Positions 1 to 8,201 are shown, numbered from the stretch's first letter. The stretch: 20,000 nt of DNA from an uncultured virus (IMG/VR IMGVR_UViG_3300016657_000021) (IMGVR_UViG_3300016657_000021:46959-66958); one strand, 5' to 3'. The notes: a model not told the origin generated them from the sequence alone. Program-made: numbers and translations.

Positions 1-2350
1 TCTCCGGAATCATGCGAGCCAGCATCTGCACGTTGCGCACCATAAACTGCACCAGCTCGTGCCCGGCTACTGCGAAATTCTGATGCAGCGACTTGACGAT
101 CTCGATCTCGTGCGGCTCCCAGTTCAGCACGTCGTTCATGATGAACTCCAGTACACGACGCAGTTCGCCTTCCGCAGCGTGCTTCTGCGCTCCGGTGAAG
201 TGGTCTACGACGTGCGTATTGGACGACATGATCGACATGCCTGCCCACGTTGACAGGTTCAGACGTTCCTTGTTGGTGCCGGACTCCATCCGTTCCTTGC
301 CCTTGCCTTCCGTCATGTCCAGCACGTACGCCGAAAACCACTCGAAGTCCTTGCGGTTCTTGGCCGTGATCTCGTCGGTGATGAGCGGCAGGCTTCGCAG
401 TAGGCCGAGGCGCTGCTGCATGGCGACAGCCGAGGTGCCTTTACTGGTGCGGTAGTGCACCGGATGCCCCCACACAGAAGCCGCAGCTTCCAGCGCCAGC
501 GTCTTACCAGTGCCGGAGTATGTCGAGCCGCAGTGCGCCGTTAGGCCGTTGATTCCTGTGAAGCGCATGAGCGGAGCGCCAGCACCGAGGAGCATCACCG
601 CAACGTGCTTGTAGTGTTTCTTTTTAATTAACAGGTTGATGAATTCCCGCCACGCGGCCAGCGTACCTGTCGGCTTAGTGTGGGCAACGATGTTCTCCAG
701 CCCCGGCATCGGCACGTCGAACTCGCCATCCGGGGTGTAAATCTTCCCGGCGAACACGAACGTATCGTCGGCCTGCCAGCCACACGCATCGGGAACCTTG
801 ACCGGAATTTTCTCGGTACTGATCTTCTCGACGCAGGCGCGTACGTAGTCGAACAGATTCTTGTCATTGCCCGAGCCGAACGCCGCGACGATGTTCTGGT
901 TGGCAAGGTGCTTGGTCGTTTCCTCTTTGCTGACAATGGACTTCTGCGGCAGAGTAATCTGCATGGCTTGGCCGTTACGGATCGCCGTCAGGTGGATCAG
1001 GTGCTCGCCGTGTACGTTCAAGATGTCGACCGGGAACAGGTCGTACGGCAGAAGTAGTATCTGGCGCTTGATCTTGTTGCCGTCTGCATCCTCATCGTCT
1101 CGCTCTTGGAAAACGCCGCCTTGCTTGCCGTAGGCATACCCGCGAGGCGGTTCCGGGCGCAGGATCTCCCGCGCCTTGTCTTCGACCGTTACCTCGATTG
1201 TCTTCTCGGCAACTTCAACCGCATACTCACGGCCAAGCGCGAGCGGGTTGGTGATCTTGCCCCAGTGCTTGCACGATGGGCAAACGCCGGGGTTCTCCGC
1301 ATCGAACTTGGTGCAGGGGTATGGCCCCTTGATCTCGCGCAGCTTGGTGCGCATCCGGTCTTCGCTGTACGGGTGCAGCTGCGTCAGCCACAGCACCGCC
1401 TTGTCGCCATCCTTGCACTTCTGAGCGATGGACATGTGTGCCCGCCAAAGCGGTTCCATGCCATCATCCTGCGCGTGCTCGACGTAGTGCTCCAGCTGGC
1501 CGCAGCCAGTTCCTTCCTTCGTGCGTTTGAAGATTTTCTTGTACGACGTTTCGGTGTTCTCGAACAGCTTGACCGCCGTGGCCGTGGTAGCCAGCGCGGT
1601 TGTGGTCGGACGGCTTCCCGGTAACTCGATGACATTGGCTGGCGGCAAAGGTTTGGACTCATAGGCTGTGCCTACCAGTTCCCGATTGACGATAGCTTTT
1701 ATGTCCTCGAAGTCGAACAGGTCGCCTTCGTTCATGAAACGCACGTTGGTCGTGCCGCGAACCTTTTTGCCGTCCTTCACGCCGTTGTTGATCGTGCCCG
1801 GAATGCGCAGCACACGGGCAGCGTCGCCCGTCACGTTCGGGTCGATCTGCAGCCCTTTGACGAAACACAGGCGCTTGAACTGTTCGGCCACAGGCTTCCA
1901 CTCGGAAACCGGAATGGCCTCCTTCAACACCCAGTATGCGTGCACACCGCCGCCTGAATGGACGTACCACGGCCTGCCCAACCCGGACAGTCCGACTTCC
2001 TCAGAGAAGCGCTCAATTGCCGCGAACCCGTCTTTCGGTGACGGGTATGCCTTCGTCTTGATTACGCCATCAGCGTTGGGGATGTCCTTCGTGTGGTTGC
2101 AGTCAACGTCAACGGCGATGCACTTAATCATATGTGCGTTCGCCGCCGTGCGCTTACCGCTCACCTGCATGGTGGCAAGTGAGAAGTATGTGTCGTAGCC
2201 CGATAGCTTGTACCGCTCGATAACCGCGTCCGCGTCTTGCAGCTTCTCCTTAAACTGGTGTTCTTTTTTCTTTGTTGTCAGTTCCACCACGCAGTAATAC
2301 CCGTTCCCTTCGGGTGGTAGAACCGCCGCCATAAAGTCGAGCGGGGTCAT
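1..2350 (-). CDS. Phage primase-helicase (N-terminal AEP/RepB-type primase, Cys-rich middle domain, C-terminal DUF927-type ATPase); 3' end runs off the window
   Basis: Not in the ORF track, consistent with no stop before the window edge. Hand translation from ATG 2350 gives MTPLDFMAAVLPPEGNGYYC..., the primase motifs IAVDVD, SGGGVHAYW and ARVLRIPGT, then GPYPC...CPSCKHWGKI, an in-frame Walker A SGTGKT (about 500-517) and a Walker B LITDE. Confidence 0.9.
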   Translation of the reverse strand, partial: MTPLDFMAAVLPPEGNGYYCVVELTTKKKEHQFKEKLQDADAVIERYKLSGYDTYFSLATMQVSGKRTAANAHMIKCIAVDVDCNHTKDIPNADGVIKTKAYPSPKDGFAAIERFSEEVGLSGLGRPWYVHSGGGVHAYWVLKEAIPVSEWKPVAEQFKRLCFVKGLQIDPNVTGDAARVLRIPGTINNGVKDGKKVRGTTNVRFMNEGDLFDFEDIKAIVNRELVGTAYESKPLPPANVIELPGSRPTTTALATTATAVKLFENTETSYKKIFKRTKEGTGCGQLEHYVEHAQDDGMEPLWRAHMSIAQKCKDGDKAVLWLTQLHPYSEDRMRTKLREIKGPYPCTKFDAENPGVCPSCKHWGKITNPLALGREYAVEVAEKTIEVTVEDKAREILRPEPPRGYAYGKQGGVFQERDDEDADGNKIKRQILLLPYDLFPVDILNVHGEHLIHLTAIRNGQAMQITLPQKSIVSKEETTKHLANQNIVAAFGSGNDKNLFDYVRACVEKISTEKIPVKVPDACGWQADDTFVFAGKIYTPDGEFDVPMPGLENIVAHTKPTGTLAAWREFINLLIKKKHYKHVAVMLLGAGAPLMRFTGINGLTAHCGSTYSGTGKTLALEAAASVWGHPVHYRTSKGTSAVAMQQRLGLLRSLPLITDEITAKNRKDFEWFSAYVLDMTEGKGKERMESGTNKERLNLSTWAGMSIMSSNTHVVDHFTGAQKHAAEGELRRVLEFIMNDVLNWEPHEIEIVKSLHQNFAVAGHELVQFMVRNVQMLARMIPE

Positions 2351-2359
2351 AGCAGTCCT

Positions 2360-2545
2360 TTAGAACAAGGGGAGTTGGCGCGGATCTCTGTATGGCGCGT
2401 AGCCGTGTTCATTTACTTCGCGGTCAAGGCGACGCACGAGTTCTTTCTGCCACTCGATGGGCAGCGACTTTCCTTGAAGCAGCGCGAGATCCGCATGCTG
2501 GATCAGCTCTTTCGTTGTCAGGCTTCCAGATTGTACAAATGACAT
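2360..2545 (-). CDS. Hypothetical phage protein (61 aa)
   Basis: ORF fills the gap between the HTH and primase genes; start moved to ATG 2545 behind GGAGAGAAAT. Confidence 0.7.
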   Translation of the reverse strand: MSFVQSGSLTTKELIQHADLALLQGKSLPIEWQKELVRRLDREVNEHGYAPYRDPRQLPLF

Positions 2546-2799
2546 ATTTCTCTCCATGCTTCGTCAGCGGTTTTCGATTTGGACATGATCTTCGTCAGCA
2601 GCTCTACACGCTCTTGGTAGCCGACAAACACTTCGGTCTGCCCGGTCATCCAATTATATACGGTCTGTCGTGTGACCCCGAGGGCTTTTGCGATCTTGGT
2701 CACTGGAAAGTCCAGATAGATCGCCCATCGTCCGAGCACTACGCCGGGGGTCTTTGGCGCGGCTGAGACGGCATCAATGATTTTTTGTGAGTAGGCCAT
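2518..2799 (-). CDS. Cro/XRE-like helix-turn-helix DNA-binding protein
   Basis: Motif VTKIAKALGVTRQTVYNWMTG is a typical HTH. Confidence 0.85.
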   Translation of the reverse strand: MAYSQKIIDAVSAAPKTPGVVLGRWAIYLDFPVTKIAKALGVTRQTVYNWMTGQTEVFVGYQERVELLTKIMSKSKTADEAWREICHLYNLEA

Positions 2800-2819
2800 G
2801 ATCGTGTGTGGTTAGGGGT

Positions 2820-2897
2820 GCGGGGTCACTGGCCTACGGAGCAAAGCCTGAAAGGATGCCAGCCCCCGCTGCCGGTGTTATGTGCGCCACCTCCGGC
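2820..2897 (-). ncRNA. Candidate structured RNA (two GC-rich hairpins) between tRNA-Gly and the HTH gene
   Basis: Minus strand GCCG-GAG-GTG...CAC-CGGC (2897-2871) and GCGGGG-GCTGGC...GCCAGT-GA-CCCCGC (2869-2820); no U-tract follows. Confidence 0.4.
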
Positions 2898-2906
2898 TGG
2901 GCTATT

Positions 2907-2982
2907 TGGAGCGGGTGATCGGTTTCGAACCGACGACATTCTGCTTGGAAGGCAGACGCTCTACCTGCTGAGCTACACCCGC
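2907..2982 (-). tRNA. tRNA-Gly (anticodon TCC) with encoded CCA
   Basis: 76 nt GCGGGTGTAGCTCAGCAGGTAGAGCGTCTGCCTTCCAAGCAGAATGTCGTCGGTTCGAAACCGATCACCCGCTCCA; acceptor stem GCGGGTG/CACCCGC, anticodon arm TCTGC-CTTCCAA-GCAGA, T-loop GTTCGAA. Confidence 0.97.
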
Positions 2983-2983
2983 G

Positions 2984-3793
2984 TTATTTCAAGTTGATAA
3001 ACGGAACTGCACCGCCAGCGCTCGTGACGGGCAGCTTGCCGTCCCACTTCTCGATGGCCTTCAGCTCAACATACTCCTTGCCGCCCTGCGCTGCGATTGC
3101 CTGCGCCTTGATGCGAATAGCATCGGCATCGCCCTGCGCTTCGACACGCTTGCGCTCTGCTTCAGCCTTCGCCAACTCGACTTCTTTTTGCTTTGCAGCA
3201 ATCTGGAAGTTGCGGTTTGCCGCCTCCTTGATCGCACGCTCCAGCGCCGGGTCGGTCACAAGGTTGCGTACATTAGCAGATCGGACGAAGAACCAGCCTT
3301 TTCCCACGGACGCGTCGAGGTCTTTCTGCAACAGGTCTACGATCTTCGCGGCGATGGCTGTGCGCTCCATATGCACCGTGTCGGAGCCGTACTCGCTGAT
3401 GACGTTGTAGATGGTTTCGCGTGCCTGACGGATGACGTAGTTGTTGCCGACGCGCACGCCTTCTTCGTGCGCGTACTCGGTTAAGTCTCCCGGCCAACGC
3501 GTGATGATGGCTGCGGCTTTGTTCGGGTCGATCTGGTAGAAGATGTCGATGTCGAGATCGGCAAGCGTGATCTTGTCTTTTGTCTGCGGCTTCATGTCTT
3601 GCAGCGACAGGCCGAGTTCTTTGGCGCTTACTTCGGTGACGCGCTTGAACATCGTGAAGTACACGCCCGGAGGCATGGTTTCGGTCTTCACTTGACCGAG
3701 GGTGGATTCCACACCGATGTTGCCGGTGTCGATCTGCGTACAGGCGGTGAGCGAAGTCACCATTGCCAATACTGCCCAAGTGCTTTTCTGCAT
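2984..3793 (-). CDS. SPFH/band 7 (prohibitin-like) domain lipoprotein
   Basis: Start moved to ATG 3793 behind AGGAGAAGCAA; signal peptide ending in lipobox LTA-C; C-terminal coiled coil (AEAERKRVEAQGDADAIRIKA) and IEKWDGKLP, typical of phage SPFH proteins. Confidence 0.9.
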   Translation of the reverse strand: MQKSTWAVLAMVTSLTACTQIDTGNIGVESTLGQVKTETMPPGVYFTMFKRVTEVSAKELGLSLQDMKPQTKDKITLADLDIDIFYQIDPNKAAAIITRWPGDLTEYAHEEGVRVGNNYVIRQARETIYNVISEYGSDTVHMERTAIAAKIVDLLQKDLDASVGKGWFFVRSANVRNLVTDPALERAIKEAANRNFQIAAKQKEVELAKAEAERKRVEAQGDADAIRIKAQAIAAQGGKEYVELKAIEKWDGKLPVTSAGGAVPFINLK

Positions 3794-3806
3794 TTGCTTC
3801 TCCTGT

Positions 3807-3998
3807 TTAAAGAATATTGATTGCGCGGTTGTAGAACATGACAAACAACGCGCCAGTGATGAGCGCCAGAATGATGCCGACTCCTGCTACGTGGCGCTTG
3901 GTGAACCGCTTGAACGTACGCTTATCGCGCTTCGCTGCATACGACCACACGAAGTAAAACGACAGCGAGAACAGCAGGAGCATTACGAAGTGCTTCAT
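3807..3998 (-). CDS. Small membrane protein (two hydrophobic segments)
   Basis: RBS GGAGAAGCA; segments FVMLLLFSLSFYFVW and VAGVGIILALITGALFVMF separated by a basic loop. Confidence 0.8.
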   Translation of the reverse strand: MKHFVMLLLFSLSFYFVWSYAAKRDKRTFKRFTKRHVAGVGIILALITGALFVMFYNRAINIL

Positions 3999-4016
3999 TG
4001 CTTCTCCGTTAAAGGT

Positions 4017-4077
4017 GGGGTACTCAGCTGGTTATCCTTACCCACAGTTAATAAAATTACCCGTGTGCCTTTCCCCC
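4017..4077 (-). ncRNA. Candidate structured RNA with a loop-E/sarcin-ricin-like internal loop and a three-way junction
   Basis: Minus strand GGGG-GAA-A-GGC...GCT-G-AGTA-CCCC closing stem enclosing hairpins CACGG-G-TAAT-TTT-ATTA-A-CTGTG and GGT-AAGGATA-ACC. Confidence 0.45.
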
Positions 4078-4086
4078 GTGACTCAC

Positions 4087-5073
4087 TTACTCTTCATCGT
4101 CCCAGTCAGCAACGATGTCGGCCAGTGCCGACTTCTTCTCCGGAACCGCGTTGGTCTTCACAGACTCTTTGCGAACTTCCGGCTCGCCGTCATCTTCAAC
4201 GACTTCAGCTTTGGCCTTCTTGGTGGCTTTCTTTTTCGTCTCAGCGACGGCAGCAGCTTCGTCTTCGTCGAATGCTTCAGCGACAGTCTGCTTCGCGGCT
4301 TTCGGTGCCGAACCTGTAAGGGCAGGTGCAGCGGCGGGCTTAGCGCCATCAACCTGCGCCGGAGTCATGACGATGGCCTTCTTTGCATCCGTCGTTTCAG
4401 CTTGACGCAGCACAATCTCGTACTCGTCATCGGTCAGCCAGCGCATCGGCTGGAAGAACAGCTTGGGGGCTTCTGCTGCGGTATCGAAGCGCATGCGGGT
4501 GACGATCTGCTCCGGGTTGATCGGCGGGGTCTGCGCGGCCAGATAGCGTGCAAACGCTTGCAGCGGGCGCTTGTCGCCTTCTTCCTTGCCGAAGATCGAC
4601 GTAGCAGGCAGCGTCAGCTGCATCACGTCACCGTCCGGGTTGTTCGCCAGCACCACAGCGAGGCGCTGCTGGTAGCGGCATGCACGGCTGTTTTTCTGGC
4701 CGGAACCTGCGACGTTCTGCGGGCAGCTCATGCAAGCGCTGGCTTGCGGGTTCTCGATGGATGCGTCCGGCTTCTCACCGTCGTTCGACCAGCAGTCCGG
4801 TGCAGTCGGGGTAGCATCGGCATCGTACTTCGCCATGTAGAACGTACGGGCGACTTTCGGCGCTGCCTTGACGATGATGACATCCAGATGGCGGTCATCA
4901 ATAGCGCCCACCTGCTCGCCGTTGGCGATGAGGCGGAACACACCACCCTTGATCGAAATGCGCTTGCTGTTGCTGCCGCCGCCGGTAAGGGCTTTTGCGG
5001 TATCCGACAGGGCGTTGTTGCGTGCGAATGCCGGGACGTTAGCGGAGGGGTTGAATACGGCTACGTTGCTCAT
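4087..5073 (-). CDS. Putative ssDNA-binding/annealing protein
   Basis: Start moved to ATG 5073 behind AAAGGAAAACACAAC; Cys cluster (DCWS...CMSCPQN...AC), Ala/Lys/Glu-rich linker and acidic tail DWDDEE; lies inside the replication module. Confidence 0.65.
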   Translation of the reverse strand: MSNVAVFNPSANVPAFARNNALSDTAKALTGGGSNSKRISIKGGVFRLIANGEQVGAIDDRHLDVIIVKAAPKVARTFYMAKYDADATPTAPDCWSNDGEKPDASIENPQASACMSCPQNVAGSGQKNSRACRYQQRLAVVLANNPDGDVMQLTLPATSIFGKEEGDKRPLQAFARYLAAQTPPINPEQIVTRMRFDTAAEAPKLFFQPMRWLTDDEYEIVLRQAETTDAKKAIVMTPAQVDGAKPAAAPALTGSAPKAAKQTVAEAFDEDEAAAVAETKKKATKKAKAEVVEDDGEPEVRKESVKTNAVPEKKSALADIVADWDDEE

Positions 5074-5089
5074 GTTGTGTTTTCCTTTG

Positions 5090-5368
5090 TTAAATAACGA
5101 TGTTCCAGTCTTCTGCCAGCATATCCGTTTGGCTGGCAAGCCATCCGGGAAGCATGGCGCGGCGACCTTCGGCGTTTACTGTCCACATGTCAATGTGCGG
5201 CAGAATTTCAGTTGCCAGCACACCCGCCTTGAAATAGGCGCTGCCTTCCGTAGTACTTACCATCGGTGTGCCGGGCACAAGAATCAACCACATGCCCTTA
5301 CCGTTCCATCCGGTTCGGGCAACTTTTTTGCCGTCTTTAAGAGCGGCAATGGCTTCTCCAAAGTTCAT
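5090..5368 (-). CDS. DUF2829 family protein (Thoeris anti-defence Tad2-like)
   Basis: Family signature MNFGEAIAALKDGKKVARTGWNGKGMWL...GWLASQTDMLAEDW. Confidence 0.85.
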   Translation of the reverse strand: MNFGEAIAALKDGKKVARTGWNGKGMWLILVPGTPMVSTTEGSAYFKAGVLATEILPHIDMWTVNAEGRRAMLPGWLASQTDMLAEDWNIVI

Positions 5369-5375
5369 ACAGTTC

Positions 5376-5789
5376 TCACTTGGTGGGTTTGGTGACGCGG
5401 ATTTCGAACTCGGTACGGGAGTTCATACCGGGCGGGACAAGCCCCGGATTTTCTTCAAGAAACTTTCCCATGTTGCCTTGGGCGATACGCTTCTCCAGCA
5501 AGTCCACGACTTCGTGCTCGATGATGAACTTCTTGAACGAGTCCCAGTCTTGCGTTTCGTAGCGGGTCTTGGTCATCAGCGTGACCGTACCGGACTCGGT
5601 ACGTACGGATGTGCTGCCCATAGCTCGCATGAGATCCTTCATCGCAAACTTGATCTCTTCCTGCTGCGCCTTGAGCGTCTCCACTTTCGTGTCGTACTCC
5701 TGCGTCAGCGTGTCGATCTGCATCTTGATCTTGCGATAGACCTTGGCGAGCTTGTCCAGCGGGATAGGTACTTCTACGCTATCGGACAC
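5376..5789 (-). CDS. Conserved phage replication-module protein, N-terminal coiled coil (possibly Gam-like)
   Basis: GTG start behind AGGAGAAGCAA; helical N-terminus, then SVRTESGTV, DWDSFKKFI and LLEKRI...VPPG. Function not certain. Confidence 0.65.
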   Translation of the reverse strand: MSDSVEVPIPLDKLAKVYRKIKMQIDTLTQEYDTKVETLKAQQEEIKFAMKDLMRAMGSTSVRTESGTVTLMTKTRYETQDWDSFKKFIIEHEVVDLLEKRIAQGNMGKFLEENPGLVPPGMNSRTEFEIRVTKPTK

Positions 5790-5809
5790 TTGCTTCTCCT
5801 ATTGGTTTT

Positions 5810-5853
5810 TGTCTAGGGTTTGACAGATTACTGCTGTTTTTTGACGTTTGCAA
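5810..5853 (-). promoter_or_regulatory. Sigma70-like promoter with overlapping imperfect palindrome (possible operator)
   Basis: Minus strand TTGCAA (5853-5848), 17 bp spacer, TAATCT (5830-5825), then TGTCAA-ACCC-TAGACA (5825-5810), in an AT-rich intergenic gap. Confidence 0.55.
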
Positions 5854-5862
5854 CCCCCTTTC

Positions 5863-6369
5863 TCAAATTTTTACTGCGTGCGTATGCAGCGCAGTTTCCG
5901 CTGCTTTTCTTGCGTCAATCGCCTCCTGCATGCTAGAAAAGCAACCGAGCAGCACTATGCGCCCCTCGTGCTGTATGCGAGCACGCCACTTTTTCATACG
6001 CTTGTTCCATCCAACGCCCTTAACCCCGGTGAGGCTGTTTGCGTATGCTTTCTTGTTTTGCTGGTTTTCACCGTGTGTAGCTTCGCGCAAGTTGTTAATA
6101 CGATTGTTACTTGGGTTACGGTCTATGTGGTCTAAAAACCCTGCGGGGGCTTCACCGTACACATATACCCACGCAATACGATGCAACTTGTAGTCTGCGC
6201 CGTCGATGCGTATGTACCAGTAGCCAGTGCTATGTCTCCAGCCTGCGACAGTTCCGGCACGACGTGTTCCTCGCGATACACGCCAAGTGAAGCACCCCGT
6301 TGAAGCGTCGTAGTGCAGCAGCTCGCGAATACGCTCGGCAGGCGGTAAGGGTGTTAGTTTGCGCGACAT
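5863..6369 (-). CDS. HNH homing endonuclease with C-terminal AP2 domain
   Basis: LHRIAW...LDHIDRNPSNNRINNLREAT..EN..N (HNH core) followed by TGVKGVGW...KWRARI...LLGCF...EAIDAR (AP2). Confidence 0.92.
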   Translation of the reverse strand: MSRKLTPLPPAERIRELLHYDASTGCFTWRVSRGTRRAGTVAGWRHSTGYWYIRIDGADYKLHRIAWVYVYGEAPAGFLDHIDRNPSNNRINNLREATHGENQQNKKAYANSLTGVKGVGWNKRMKKWRARIQHEGRIVLLGCFSSMQEAIDARKAAETALHTHAVKI

Positions 6370-6379
6370 ATGCGCCCTT

Positions 6380-7942
6380 TCACGATTTAATTTCGGTTTT
6401 GAACAGGTCTGTTAGCAAACCGTTATCAGATACCTTGCCTTCCAGCGCCTTGAACATGCGCTTTTCCACAGGGCTTCCCTGAATGTGCACGACCGTCACC
6501 TTGTCGGAATTCTGCCCCTTACGGTCAGCGCGAGCGATGCACTGGATATATTGCTCAACAGACATCAACGGGCCGTAGAACACCACCGTGTCAGCAGCTG
6601 TCAGCGTAATGCCGTGGGCGGTGGCCGCAGGCTGCATAACCAGCACACGCGGGTTTGGCGTGGTCTGGAAGCGCTGAATGATGTCCGCCCGTTTCGTGGC
6701 AGTAACATCGCCGTGAATCGCTTCGTTGGCTATGCCGTGCTTGGTCAGGTACGTCTGGATCGTGTCGATGGTGTTGCGGAACAGCGCGAACACAATAACC
6801 TTGCGTTCGGTTTCTTCCAGCACTTCGCTCAAGACAGACAGGCGCGGGGATGCGTCGAACTCGATCACTTCACCATCGTCTGTGTACGCAGCGCCTGCGG
6901 AAATCTGCAACAGCTTCGACACGCTTGCTGCCGCATTGACTGCGGAGATCGTCTCGCCTGCTGCCTGCACCAGCATCTTCTCTTTCAGCAGGTTGTAGTA
7001 CTTGGCCTGCTGTGGTGTCAGCGGAACCTCTCGCGTCATCGTGATGACTGGCGGCAAGTCGAGGCACTGGTCTTTGGTGAAGCGAATGGCCGGTTGCAGC
7101 GCTTCGTGCACAACCTGTACTGCGTTGGGCTTGGACTGCCACTTGAACTGCGTGGCCTTGTACATCACCTTGTCGCGCCATGCGGTGAAGAAGTTCGGCA
7201 CGCCCGTCGGGTTCACGAGCTTGGCAAGACCGTACGCATCAACAGGCGACTGCGATGCCGGCGTTCCCGTCATCATCCACAGATGCGTCTTCGGGCCAAT
7301 GATTGACTTCAGTGCCTTCCAGCGCTTGGTCGTGACCGTCTTGTACGCATTGGCTTCATCAACGATGATGAGATCAAACCGACCGTCGTTCTTCACCTCG
7401 TCTGCGATCAGGTTCAACCCGTCGTAGTTGGCGATGACAAACTCGTAGTCCTGCTGAACCATCTCGATGCGGCGACTAGCCTGCGCATGGTGCGCCACGA
7501 TAGCGGAACGATGAATGATGGAGCTGTTCAGGTCGTTCATCCACGCGCTGTGCATGATCGACAGCGGGCACAAGATAAGGCAACGGCGTACGTCGCCGCG
7601 CTGCATCAGGTAATCCGCCGCCCAAAGCGCCGAGAGGGTTTTGCCGGTGCCGGGTTCTGAAAAGACAAACGCTTTCTTGTGGAGCGTAAGGAACGAAGCA
7701 GTCTCAATTTGATGCGCCATCGGTTTGAACTTGCCGGGCCAAGCGTATCGTCTAACAATCGGAGAAGGGACGTTTTTAACGCCAAGGTTCTTGAGAACCC
7801 GCGCTTCGTCAAGCCCCCAATAAACCGCAACCTCTGCCGCTCCATCTGGGTACTCCTTTACGATCTTGTGCTTGGGAATAACACGGTATTTATCCGGGCT
7901 GCGCGTCCTGAACAGCAGCGCTTTGTCGTCGATGATTTGCAT
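6380..7942 (-). CDS. SNF2-type superfamily 2 DNA helicase
   Basis: Walker A EPGTGKT, motif II IIVDEA, motif III MTGTP, motif V HGITLTAA, motif VI QCIARADRKGQ. Confidence 0.93.
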   Translation of the reverse strand: MQIIDDKALLFRTRSPDKYRVIPKHKIVKEYPDGAAEVAVYWGLDEARVLKNLGVKNVPSPIVRRYAWPGKFKPMAHQIETASFLTLHKKAFVFSEPGTGKTLSALWAADYLMQRGDVRRCLILCPLSIMHSAWMNDLNSSIIHRSAIVAHHAQASRRIEMVQQDYEFVIANYDGLNLIADEVKNDGRFDLIIVDEANAYKTVTTKRWKALKSIIGPKTHLWMMTGTPASQSPVDAYGLAKLVNPTGVPNFFTAWRDKVMYKATQFKWQSKPNAVQVVHEALQPAIRFTKDQCLDLPPVITMTREVPLTPQQAKYYNLLKEKMLVQAAGETISAVNAAASVSKLLQISAGAAYTDDGEVIEFDASPRLSVLSEVLEETERKVIVFALFRNTIDTIQTYLTKHGIANEAIHGDVTATKRADIIQRFQTTPNPRVLVMQPAATAHGITLTAADTVVFYGPLMSVEQYIQCIARADRKGQNSDKVTVVHIQGSPVEKRMFKALEGKVSDNGLLTDLFKTEIKS

Positions 7943-7957
7943 TTGCTTCCCCGGTAT

Positions 7958-8194
7958 TTATTTCTTATCTCCACGGTTTGATTTAACGCTACGCACGCGC
8001 AGATTACTGCGTGCAGAAGTGCCGCCGTCTTTGAGCGCCAGCTTGTGATCGACATCCTTGCCGTCGCCTTTACTCACTGCGCCTTCCTTCTCCATGATGC
8101 GCCGCGCCTTCACACGTTCAGCGCGGTTCTTGATCTGCTCGGGTTTGCCGTGGTACTCGGCATACTCTTTTTTGTAGTCACGTTTGGTTGCCAT
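7958..8194 (-). CDS. Small HNH endonuclease (78 aa)
   Basis: Start moved to ATG 8194 behind GAGGAAAAC; DVDHKLALKDGG...SNLRVRSVKSNR. Confidence 0.85.
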   Translation of the reverse strand: MATKRDYKKEYAEYHGKPEQIKNRAERVKARRIMEKEGAVSKGDGKDVDHKLALKDGGTSARSNLRVRSVKSNRGDKK

Positions 8195-8201
8195 GTTTTC
8201 C

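Noticed and set aside
2820..2906. HDV-like (theta) ribozyme in the tRNA 3' trailer
   Set aside because: I could not fit the nested double pseudoknot or the conserved L3/P1.1 nucleotides, and the tRNA already encodes CCA.
2907..2982. tRNA as a prophage att site, or as a supplier for the Gly-rich peptide
   Set aside because: No integrase or partial tRNA duplicate is present and phage genes continue on both sides; the repeat peptide uses GGC, not GGA.
5820..5848. Plus-strand promoter from the perfect TTGACA at 5820-5825
   Set aside because: No -10 hexamer at 16-18 bp spacing and no credible plus-strand gene downstream.
4015..7306. Long plus-strand ORFs (for example 4015-5097 and 6485-7306), and others throughout the window
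   Set aside because: They are antisense shadows of GC3-rich minus-strand genes, with no RBS or recognisable motifs.
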